The notes under the pieces are model-generated. The model had not been told where the DNA came from. It saw only the letters and a program-made list of their open reading frames with translations, and made no database searches. 64,000 bases of DNA from Pristiophorus japonicus (lineage: Eukaryota): assembly GCF_044704955.1 (NCBI RefSeq), contig NC_092001.1:19654001-19718000 (forward strand), in the 5' to 3' direction. The stretch's first letter is position 1. Each line of letters begins with the position of its first letter. A program made the position numbers and the translations under genes. Positions 51,700-64,000 of the stretch are shown here, in pieces.

Positions 51700-54035
51700 A
51701 TCTCACATATTGTCAGAGAATGACAGAGGCAGTATCTATCCAAACTCACCTGTCACATAGTATCAGAGAATGAGAGAGGCAGTATCTATCCTACACTCAC
51801 ATGTCACATAGTGTCAGAGAATGACAGAGGCAGTATCTAGCCAACACTCACCTGTTACATACTGTCAGACAATGACAGAGGCAGTATCTAGCCAACACTC
51901 ACCTGTTACATATTGTAAAAGAATGAGAGAGGCTGTATCTATCCCACACTCACCTGACAAACAGTGTCAGAGAAACACATAGGCAGTATTTATCCAACAC
52001 TCACCTGACACATAGTGACAGAGAATGACAGAGGCAGTATCTATCCAACACTCACCTGGCACATCATGTCTAAGAATGAGAGAGGCAGTATCTATCCAAC
52101 ACTCACCTGTCACATAGTGTCAGAGAATGAGAGAGACAGTATCTATCCAACACTCACCTGTCACATAGTATCAGAGAATGAGAGGCAGTATCTATCCTAC
52201 ACTCACCTGTCACATAATGTCAGAGAATGAGAGAGGAAGTATCTATCCAACATTCATCTGTCACATAGTTTCAGAGAATGAGAGAGGCAGTACCTATCCA
52301 ACACTCACCTGTCACATAATGTCAGAGAATGAGAGAGGCAGTGTCTATCCAACACTCACCTGTCACATAGTGTCAGAGAATGAGAGAGGCAGTATCTATC
52401 CTACACTCATCTGTCACATAGTGTCAGAGAATGAGAGAGGCAGTATCTATTCAACACTCACCTGTCACATAGTGTCAGAGAATGAGAGACTCAGTACCTA
52501 TCCAACACTCACCTCTCACATATTATCAGAATATGAGAGAGGCAGTATCTATCCAACACTCACCTGTCACTCAGTGTCAGAGAATGAGAGAGGCAGTATC
52601 TATCCAACACTCACCTGTCACATTGTATCAGAGAATTCCAGAGGCAGTACCTATCCAACACTCATCTGTCACATCGTGTCAGAGAATGAGAGAGACAGTA
52701 TCTATCCTACACTCACCTCTCACATTGTGGCAGAAAATGACAGAGGCAGTATCTATCCAGCACTCACCTGTGACATAGTATCAGAGATTCAAAGAGGCAG
52801 TATCTATCCTACACTCACCTGTCACATCGTTTCCGACAATGACAGAGGCAGTATCTAACCAACACTCACCTGGCATATAGTATCAGAGAAGGAGAGAGTC
52901 AGTACCTATCCTACACTCACCTGTCACATAGCATCTGAGAATGAGAGAGGCAGTATATATCCGACACTCACATGTCACATAATGTCAGTGAATGAGAGAG
53001 GCAGAACCTATCCATCACTCACCAGTCACATAGTCTCAGAGAATGTGAGAGGCACTATCTATTCAACAATTGCCTGTCACATAGTATCAGAGAATGAGAA
53101 TGGCAGTATCTATCCAACATTCACCTGTCACAAAATATCAGATATTCGGAGAGACAGTATCTATCCTTCACTCACCTGTCACATAGTGTCAGAGAATGAC
53201 AGAGGCAGTATCTATCCAACACGCATCTCTCACATAATGTCAGAGAAGGACAGAGGCAGTAACTATCCAACACACACCTGTCACATAGTATCAGAGAATG
53301 ACAGAGGCAGTATCTATCCAAAACTCACCTGTCACATAGTATTAGAGAAGGAGAGAGGCAGTATCTATCCAACACTCATCTGTCACATAGTGTCAGAGAA
53401 TGTCAGAGGCAGTATCTATCCAACACTTACCTGTCACATAGTATCAGAGAATGACAGAGGCAGTATCTATTCAAAACTCACCTGTCACATTGTATTAGAG
53501 AAGGAGAGAGGCAGTATCTATCCAACACTCATCTGTCACATAGTGTCAGAGAATGGCAGAGGCAGTATCTATCCAACACTTACCTGTCACATAGTGGCAG
53601 AGAATGACAGAGGCAGTATCTGTCCAACACACAACTGTCACATAATCACAGAGAATGACAAGAGGCAGTATCTATCCATAACTCACCTGTCACATAGTGT
53701 CATAGAATGAGAGAGGCAATATCTAGCCAACACTCACCTGTCACTTAGTGTCAGGGATTGAGAGAGGCAGTATCTATCCAACAGTCACCTGTCACACAGT
53801 ATCAGCGAATGAGAGAGGCAGTATCTATCCAACACTCGCCTGTCACATAGTATCAGAGAATGACAGAGGCAGTATCTATCCAACACACACCTCTCCCATA
53901 GTGTCAGAGAATGAGAGGCATTATCTATCCAAAACTCACCTGTCACATAGTGTCAGAGAATGACAGAAGCAGTATCTATCCAACACTCACCTGTCACATA
54001 GTGTCAGGGAAAGACAGTGGCAGTATCTATTCAAC
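51700..54035 (+). repeat. 51-bp satellite array (gagaatgagagaggcagtatctatccaacactcacctgtcacatagtgtca)
   Basis: Tandem units; translates as a 17-aa periodic pseudo-ORF. Confidence 0.97.
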
Positions 54036-54039
54036 TTAT

Positions 54040-55385
54040 ATTATTAAGGACACAGTAGCGAGATATTTGGAGTAGCACAATTCAATAAAATGGAGTCAGC
54101 ATGGTTTTTGGAAAATTAAATTATGTTCAACAAATTTGCTGGAGTTGTTTGAGGATCGACTGAGCAGGGTAGATAATGTGGAACAAGTGGATGTGGTCTA
54201 TTTGGATTATTTCCAGAAGGCATTTGACAAGGTGCCCAAAAAAATTACTGCACAAGATAAAAGTTCACGTGGTTGGGGATAATATATAGCACGGATAGAG
54301 GATTGGCTAACTAACAGAAAACAGATAGTCGGGATAAATGGGTCATTTTCCGGTTGGCAAACAGTGACTAATGGAGTACCGCAGAGATCGGTGTTAGGTC
54401 TTCAACTATTTGCAATCTATATGAATGACTTGGCTGAAGGGGCTGAGTGTAATGTAGCCAAGTTTGCTGTTGATACAAAGATGGGTGGGAAAGCAAAATG
54501 GGTGGGACACAAATGATCTGCAAAGGCATAAAGGCATGCTTAGCGAGTGGGCAAACTTTTGGCAGATGGAGTATAATGTGATAAATGTGAGGTTTTCCAC
54601 TTTGGCAGAAGTAATAGAAAGCAAGTTATAATTTAAAGGGAGAAAAATTGCAAAGTGCTGCAGTACAGGATGATCTGGGGTTCCTTGTGCATGAAACGCA
54701 AATAGTTATATGCTGGTACAGCAAATAATCAGGAATGCAAATGGAATGTTGGCCTTTATTGCAAGGGTAATAGAATATAAAAGCAGGGAAGTCCTGCTAC
54801 AACTTTACAGGGTATTTATGAGGGCATACCTGGAGTACTGCATCCAGTATTGGTTTCCGTAATTGAGGAAGGATATACTTGCATTAGAGGCTGTTGAGAG
54901 AAGGTCCACCAGGTTGATTCCGGAGATGAGTTGGTTAAATTATGAGGATAGGTTGAGTACATTGGGCCTAGACACAATGGACAAGAATGAGAGGTGATCT
55001 TTTTGAAACTTATAAGGTAATGAGGTTACTCGATAATGTGGATGCAGTGAGGATATTTCCAATCATAGGGGAAGCTAAAACGAGCGGACATTATCTTAGA
55101 ATAAGGGCCGCCCATTAAAAACTGAGATGTGGAGACATTTCTTCTCTCAGAAGGTTGTAAATCTGTGGAATTCTCTGCTCCAGAGTGCTGTGGAGGCTGA
55201 GTCATTCAATTAATTTAAAGGCAGAGAGGGACTGATTTTTGTGCGGTAACGGAGTAAAGAGTTATAGGGAGCGGGCAGGGAAGTGGAACTGAGCCCATGA
55301 TGAGATCAGCCATGATCTTATTGAATGTCGGAGCAGGCCTGAGGGATAAAACGGCCGACTCCTGCCCTATTTCTTAACTTATGTT
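54040..55385 (+). mobile_element. CR1 LINE 3' part (RT and 3' UTR), degraded
   Basis: gagtcagcatggttttt, ttccagaaggcatttgacaaggtgcc, ctggagtactgcatccagtattgg, gatcagccatgatc 3' UTR. Confidence 0.9.
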
Positions 55386-55820
55386 AACTGAACCGAGCCA
55401 GAATCAGCACCCTCTGGGATTGAGCGAGAGGGAGGGAAGTCATTGAATGTAGAACTGAACCCAGCCAGAGTCAGTACCTTCAGGGTAGGGGAACCAGTCA
55501 GAGTAGAACTGAACCCAGCCAGAGTCAGCATCTTAAGGGGAGGGGAACCAGTGCGTGTAGAACTGAACCCAGCCAGAGTCCGCACCTTTTAGGGGAGGGG
55601 AACCAGTAAGTGTAGAACTGAACCCAGCCAGAGTCCGTACCTTCAGTGGAGGGGAACCAGTGAGTGTAGAACTGAACCCAGCCAGAGTCAATACCTTCAG
55701 GGAAGGGAGAGGGAGGGGATCCAATGAGTGGGCCCAGTGAGTCTAGAACAGAACCCAGCCAGAGTCAGTACATTCAGGGGAGGAGAACCAGTGAGTGTAG
55801 AACTGAACCCAGCCAGAGTT
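55386..55820 (+). repeat. ~54-bp minisatellite (gtagaactgaacccagccagagtcagtaccttcaggggaggggaaccagtgagt)
   Basis: About 8 tandem units. Confidence 0.9.
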
Positions 55821-56029
55821 GGTGATGATATTTGGGAGCGGAGCACGTGAGACGTGTTTGAATTTCAGGACAAGTACGGTGAAGATTGTATTGGATGTGG
55901 ATGTACAGCTTTGGATGAACAAGAGAGGAAAGAATGTTCCATACAATCTAAATTTGTCGATTGTGTATTAATGTCCTTTACTTGCAGTAATGATTTTTGT
56001 AAACTTTTTTTCCACGTTGTTCGATTGGG

Positions 56030-56801
<772 letters not shown>

Positions 56802-57004
56802 CTGCAGCATTTGGATTCTGCTGTTGTCCATGACTGAATCGTGTCCATTCTTACAGTTGAGCTTTCGTTCTGCTGATATTGATTCCCCCTCTAACTGTGC
56901 TGGGGTTTAATATTCTGGATATTTGTTCAATTAATCAACGGGAAAATGCTCAGAATAAAGAATAATGCTGATTGTGTTTGCATCCATTACTTCACCCTTT
57001 AAAA

Positions 57005-58690
57005 AAACTTAAGACATCGGAGCAGGAGTAGGCCATTGGCCACGCGAACCTGCTCTGCTATTTAATAAGATCATGGCTGATCTGATCTTGGACACAGCTC
57101 CACTTTCCTGCCCGATCACCATAACATTTCATTCCGTTATCGCTCAAAAAGCTGGCCAACTCCACCTTAAATATATTCAATGACCAACCTCCACACCTCT
57201 CTGGGGAAGAAAATTCTAGATTTACGACCATCTGAGAGAAGAAATTTCTCCTCATCTCAGTTCTAAATCCCATATTCTTAAACTATGCCCCCTAGTTCTA
57301 GATTCCCCGATGAGTGGAAATATCCTCTCTGCATCCACCTTGTCGAGTCCCCTCAGTTACATATATTACAATTAAATCACCTCTCATTCTTCTAAACTAC
57401 AATGAGTATAGGACCTGCCTGCACAATCTATCCCCATATGTCAACCTCTTCATCTCAGGAATCAAACTAGTAAAGCTTCTCTGAACTGTCTCCAATGCAA
57501 GTATATCCCTCCTGAAATAAGGAGATCATAAATGTACGCAGTACTCTAATTGTAGTCTCACAAATACCCTGTACAGTTGTAGTAGGACTTCCCTGCTTTT
57601 ATACACGATGGCCCTTGCAATAAAGGCCAACATTTATATTGGCTTCGTAATTGCTTGCTGTATCTGCACACTAACTTTTTGTGTTTCACATACAAGGACA
57701 ACAAGGTCACTCTGTACTGCTGCATTTTTTAATACCTCTCCATTTAAATAATAAATTGTATTTTTATTTTTCCTGCCAAAGTGGATAACCTCACACTTTC
57801 CCACATTATACTGAATCTGACAAATATTAACCCACTCACTTAGCCTGTCTACATCTATTTGCAGATTGTTTGTGTCCTCCTCCAATTTGTTTTCCCATCC
57901 ATCTTTGTATCATCAGCAAACTTGGCTACGTTACACTCTGCCCCTTCATCCAAGTCATTAATATAGATTGTAAATAGTAGAGGCCGATCCCTGTCACACC
58001 GCACTAGTCACCGTTTGACAACCGGCAAATGACCCATCTATCTGTCTTCTGTTAGTTAGCCCACCCTCTATCCATGATAATATATTACCCCCAATCCTGT
58101 GAAACTTTATCTTGTGCAGCATCGTTTTATTTGGCACCTTATCGAAAGCCTTTTGCAAATCCAAATACACATTATCAACTGATTTACCCTTATCCACCCT
58201 GTTCGTTACATTCTCATAGAACTCCAGCAAATTTGTCAAACATGATTTCCCTTTCATAAAACCATTCTGACTCTGCCTGACTGTATTATTTTTTTCCAAA
58301 TGTCCTGCTGCTGTTTCCTTAATAAAGGACTCCAGCTTTTTCCCACCAACAGATGCTGGGCTAACTAATCTATAGTTTCTGGATTCCTGTCTCTCTCCCT
58401 TTTTAAATAGGAGTATTACATTTGTGTTCTTCCAGAACGCTGGGACCTCTCTGTAATCCAGCGAGTTTTGGGAGATTTCAACCAATGCATCCATTATCTC
58501 TGCAGCCACTTCTTTTAAGACCCTTGGATGCAGGCTATCAGGTCCAGGGGACTTCTCCACCTTTGGTCCAGGGGACGTGTCCAACTTTAGTCCTATTATT
58601 TTACCGAGTACTTTTTCTTTAGTGTCAGTGATTGTTTTAAGATCCCCTTCCATATAACCCCTTGGTTATCTATTGTTGGGATGTATTTGG
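57005..58690 (-). mobile_element. CR1 LINE 3' part, paralog of the element at the window start
   Basis: ORFs 57634-57885 and 57994-58653 nearly identical to 206-457 and 530-1225; 3' UTR at ~57010-57200. Confidence 0.9.
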
Positions 58691-61600
58691 TATCTTCTAC
58701 ATTTAAGATCGATACAAAATATCAGAAAGGCTTTTCAAACACTGAAAGCTGCAACAAATGAAGCTAAAGTTTGTGAAGCAATTGACAATAAAAATTATTG
58801 AATCTGCAGGTTGGTTTTGGATTTCTCTGGCATGGAGACAGACATGATGTGCCTTGAAACACCGCCGATGTCCAGTAGTTGACGCTGATCCGCCAATTAA
58901 TTCAGACTGGACCGTGACTGTCCCCTGAAGCAGGAAATATGAGGGCAGATCAGGGTCAGACACTGAACATCCTGCAGCCCACACGGACATCACACGCTGC
59001 CCCCTCCCAGGGGCAGCTGAGGGTCATAAACTGCACGCCACAGGGACATCACACATTGCCCCCTCCCTGGAGCAGCTCAGGGTCAGACATTGAACTTACT
59101 GCACCCCACAGGGACATCGCACACTGTCCCCCTCCCTGGGTCAGCTCAGGGTCAGACACTGTACCCCACATGGACAGCACGCACTGTCACCTCCCTGGGG
59201 CAGATCTGGTTCAGACACTGAACAAACTGCACCCCGCAGGGACATCACACACTGCCCCCCTCCCTGGGTCAGCTCAGGGTCAGACATTGAACTTACTGCA
59301 CCCCACAGGGACATCGCACACTGCCCCCCTGCCTGGGGCAGCTCAGTGTCAGACACTGAACAAACTGCACGCCACAGGGATATCACACACTGTCCCCTCC
59401 CTGGGACAGCTCATGGTCAGACACTGAACATACTGCACCCCACAGGGACATCACACACTGCCCCCCTCCCTGTGTCAGCTCAGGGTCAGACACTGTACCC
59501 CACATGGACAGCACATACTGTCACCTCCCTGGGGCAGATCTGGTTCAGACACTGAACAAACTGCACCCCGCAGGGACATCACACACTGTCCCAACTGCAG
59601 AGTGAAAATTTCACGAGAACACCGCCCGCCCTGTGTTTGGGATCATTCGAAAGGAAATTTAATTTGGGACGATCTACAAAAAGTTTGCAACTGTTAAATT
59701 GCTTAAAAAAGAAACTACGAACTTTAATCGAGTTAGGAACTTTTACAAGACAAATTCAAGCCTATGGGCGGACCTAGGGAACACAGGAAGCCCACATGAT
59801 TATTGGGGCTGTCTGAGTGTCAGAACTGAATTAACCTCTCTGGAAGAATGAGTATTTGGAAATCTTCCATCACAAGATACATTGCCATCACAGTATCACC
59901 CAGAGGTAGCTCCCCATCAACATGGGTCTGGACAAACAATTTCAGCATATACATCACACAGAAGCCCAATCCAACCTGTATGCGAAAGACGAAGCAGAAA
60001 AGGACATTGCAAATACAAAACTAATATTTCCATCAGGAATCGGTTTTTCAAACATCATCCCCCGCTAGTCTGAAATCGTATAACTGGCCCCTATNNNNNN
60101 NNNNNNNNNNNNNNNNNNNNNNNNNNNNNNNNNNNNNNNNNNNNNNNNNNNNNNNNNNNNNNNNNNNNNNNNNNNNNNNNNNNNNNNNNNNNNNNNNNNN
60201 NNNNNNNNNNNNNNNNNNNNNNNNNNNNNNNNNNNNNNNNNNNNNNNNNNNNNNNNNNNNNNNNNNNNNNNNNNNNNNNNNNNNNNNNNNGTCTTGACGT
60301 CCTGAAGGAAGGAAGAACATCACCATTCCATTAACTATCAAAAGGATTGGCAATGTAAGTCCCTGCCTGCCCTGGAGTCGAACTGAGCAAGAATTAGGTA
60401 TTGCGAGGTGGGAGGTATAATTTTACTGCAACCCCCTTTGAATGTGTACTTTATAGTGCTTTATTAGAGTGATATATAAGTTTGATCTTGTACCTTTCCT
60501 TGTCGTGTCCTTTATTAGAGTGATTGTAAGATTGGCCGTGTATTTTCTTGCTAGAGTAATAAGCCAGTATGTCTTTCAATGTATTAAAACCAAAGTTCTT
60601 TGCATCAAACCAGTGTCCTCTGCACTTTTGTCACCCCTCCCCCCCCAAATAAATCCAGAGTACAGAACCCATAGGATGGGGAGTGATTCGAAACCGTGCA
60701 AGTTGGTCAGAATGGAACCTGGCTCCCTCATTGAGACCACAACAAAACACAAATACTGCACCCCCTTTACAGCATTTTAGGAATTCTGCACTTTCAGTAT
60801 CTTGTCATTTTCACATTGCTGTATGTGGCAGGTTGCTGCATACAAATTGGCTGCTATGTTTCCCACATTTCAACAGTGGCTGCACTAAAAACTTCTTAAT
60901 GTATCTCAAATCATTTATTTAACCCCACAAATCAGGACACACATAGTAAGTGTGTTAATTTCCATTGCACATTTATTTACAGATGTTAAACTTCTCACAT
61001 TTAAGTTGTTGAAATAACGTGATTTGAAACATAAAGGAAGATCAAAAAAAGACCTGCTGCTCCATCCACCCTGTCCCAAACAACCGCGATTCTCTGAACG
61101 TGCAGACAACATTCGGTGCCAATGTGAAACCGCTCGGTGAGTTGTCCTGAGTTCCCCCTTCTGTGTCGTTCCGGCTCGCATGGAAACCGTCCTCAATCTT
61201 GCTTGTGAAATTGTTAACTGTCACGCCCTTTCATTTGCCATTCTTTTAGGCTGTGTCATACTCAGTGGATTGGAAATGAGTTACAGAATCAGCAATGCTC
61301 GGATGAAACATCAGCTCCTAAAAATTAACGTGCTGAGGGGGATGGTTGGGGGATAAGGCTGGGGGCGGGGGGCGGTCGGTGATGTGGATCTAATTATCGG
61401 GATGCATCGGAACAATTTATCCCTCCCCGGCTCCCGTGCTGTGTAAACTTTTAGCACACTCCAGAATTCAGTTTGTTGATACCCCAAGACAAACCAGAAC
61501 GAGGAGAATCCATTAACTTCCATCCCCACAAGAGAGGAGAGACAACCAGTTGGCTGGAAAATGCCGCCACTTGAAGAATGAAGAACAGCTTACGAAGGAA

Positions 61601-64000
61601 CAGCAGAAAAGGGAGCTGATCTTCAGTCGGGCATTCTCCACATACTGCTGGCGCCTAACCAAGTAGCCGAGGAGGATGGCAACGGAGGCTAAAACGACCA
61701 GGACAGATATGATGAAGTGATCATTACTCATGAATGCCACAGTGCTAGAATACTCAAATCTGATGGGCATTCCATCTCAACAGCCAGCCCACCAATCAGA
61801 AACTGGCAAGATCCAAATGCAGGTCATGATGGTTCAGTTTACTGTTAGGATCTGGCGCTGCACCTGTGAATAACACTCACTTTGATCAATGTGTCCCGGG
61901 AGCCGGAGAGTCTGTTCCCATGCAGAGTCCGCTCTTCTCACCCTGAGTACCAGTTGGTCAGTGTCCAACAGTGTGTGGAGCATGTTGGAATGAAAAATAA
62001 AGATTTCCTAAATAAAAAGTAGGCTTGTCTTTAATCTTCAAATCACTCCTCTGTGAATTCAGACCGGCAATATTTAACACTAGGGTATATGAGAACACGG
62101 TTTGTGATGCAAAGGAAAGGGTTATCCAGAAGCCACTTCTGCTGCGATGTTCTGTAGCATCCTGGAGATCAGGCAACCCTGAGCAACAGATACTAGAAAG
62201 GAAAGAACGAAAGACTGTTCAGCCTTCGCCCTGACTGCCTGAGGTCCTCGAGCAGAGAGGTGATTGTCTGCTGATACGAGAATTTCGATCGATCTGGAAA
62301 CCCCCAAAGAGCTGCAGATATTCTGGACTACGTCAGTGTGGTCCATCCACAGGTCAGGGTGAACCACAGAGCAGATGAGTGTGCCGACTGTAATATTGTG
62401 CACACCGGGCTATAGTGGCAGGAAGATTGTCATCCCGTCGTTCAAGCACCAAATCCCCACAACCCTCTGCGTAAAGAAGCCCCGCGCCGTTAAATCCCTT
62501 CTAAAAATTTCACTAATCACCTTAAAACTATGCACCTCATAATAGAACACTCCACCAATGGAAATAGACACTTACTATCCACTCTGTCCGGCCCCCTCAA
62601 TATTTTGTTGACCTCGATGAGCTCTCCGCTCAACCTCTTCTGTTCCAATGAGAACAAACCCAGCCTATCCAATCTGCCCTCATAACTAAGTTTCGCCATT
62701 CCAGGCAGCATTCCAGTTAATCTCCTTTCCATCCTCTCGAGTGCAGTCACGTCCTTCCTTTCATAGGGCGACCAGAACTGCACACAGTACTCCAGCTGTG
62801 GGCCAAACACAGTATCAAAAATGTAATTATAACCTCACTGCTCTTATATTCTATGCCATCGGCCAATAATTCAAGCATTACGAATGCCTTCTTAACTACC
62901 TTATCCACCTGGCCTGCTACTTTCAGGGATCTGCGGACCAATGGTGGAGATTTGGAGGCGTGGCCTATTCAGTTGATGCTCTGTTGCTGTGAGGGAAGGA
63001 GCTACCCGCTTTGCTCCTGCCTGGCAGGCCGAGAGTGAAACCTGAGACCAGCCCAGGAAGAGGAGGAAGGGGCTGGCTTTCTACAATTCAATGTCCAGAG
63101 GGAGAGGAGGAGAGCAGAAAATGTTTCAACTTATTACTACTACAGAGAGTTGGAGAGAGGGGGAAAAGAACAACAACCTGAGAAAACACCATCCAGTGTG
63201 GAAGGAGGGAGAGCCATTTCTACAATCTTCACAGGTGGGTGTGTTTTGGTGCATTTCCCGAAAGACTTTGTTGTATCGGTGGGGGAAGGAAAGAAGATAA
63301 CTCGAGGGCCGGAACATCGCGGGGGGTGTGTGTGTGTGGAAGTGTGTGTGGGGGTCTTGCTTGCAGCTAGGCCCCACACACCACTGAAGCACCCCTCCCC
63401 CATTGCCTAGCCTGGGATAGCTGGAGCTACCTGGCTGAAGAATCATTAATTACCCTATTTATCATCGTTGGGAGTGTGTGCCTGGTAGCTCCAGCTACCC
63501 CAGGTGAAGACATCTTCTCCCCCCACCCGAAGACCATCTACAAAGACTGCGTTTTTTTTTGCCATTTGGGGAGTGCACCCGAAGAAACACCCACCCTTCG
63601 CTGTGAGGTGAGACCTCCCTCTTTCCCACCACGTCTCGCTTTTTCTCTCTCTCTCTGTCTCTCCCCTCTCTCTCTGAGAGCCCTTTCCTCCTAATTTGGA
63701 AATAAGACAATTAAGACAACTGAGCAGAGGGAGCAAGGCCCCTCCCCAATTGTCAACTAGGGGAGAGGTGTGCCTCTTTCAGAGCTCTCTCTGTTCAAAC
63801 ACCAACGAGGCCATGTAAGACCATTAAGGCCTGTGACTTTGGGATGGGTGTGGCCCTTAAAGGGGCCCCGTGATGGCGATCCAATCCACGCCGCTGGCAG
63901 GGCCAGCAAGACATATGCGCAGGTGGGGTCCACATCCATGGGTCCTCCTGCGACTCCTGCTGCCCTGCCACCGTTCAGACGAATAAAAAAGAAACACGGG
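57429..64000 (+). repeat. Segmental duplication copy B (next ~57.4-kb unit): CR1, minisatellite, putative solo LTR 59596-60739 with N gap 60095-60290, CR1 piece, Tx1 5' end
   Basis: Colinear with 1-6440 throughout. Confidence 0.97.

Noticed and set aside
45495-54035. CRISPR-like arrays, or repeat proteins from the long ORFs (46974-48016, 52178-53710)
   Set aside because: Eukaryotic satellites with no unique spacers; the ORFs are by-products of stop-poor monomers and shift frame with monomer indels

Overview
Eukaryotic genomic DNA from a cartilaginous fish (shark-like; inferred from the Ig organisation and repeat families). The window holds one complete, unrearranged, cluster-type immunoglobulin heavy-chain minilocus on the + strand: leader (8710-8755), V (8878-9180), D1, D2, J (10304-10351) with 12/23 RSSs, C-mu1 to C-mu4 with secretory tailpiece (18152-23308), and TM1/TM2 exons (26373-26647). 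All splice phases are consistent and no exon has a premature stop. The constant region is clearly IgM. The leader and V, however, look like the shark IgW-type V family, which suggests a germline IgW-V/IgM-C hybrid cluster; this needs phylogenetic confirmation. The J has WVQG instead of WGQG and the D2 5' RSS nonamer is degenerate. Bases 1-6440 recur at about 57429-64000 at high identity, so the cluster appears to sit in a ~57.4-kb tandemly repeated unit. That unit also carries a decayed Gypsy LTR element, many CR1 LINE pieces (one 3.5-kb copy), RTE and Tx1 fragments, a Penelope-type minimal hammerhead ribozyme motif, several mini/satellite arrays and a C2H2 zinc-finger pseudogene. Family assignments rest on motif recognition, not database searches. 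Repeat boundaries are approximate.
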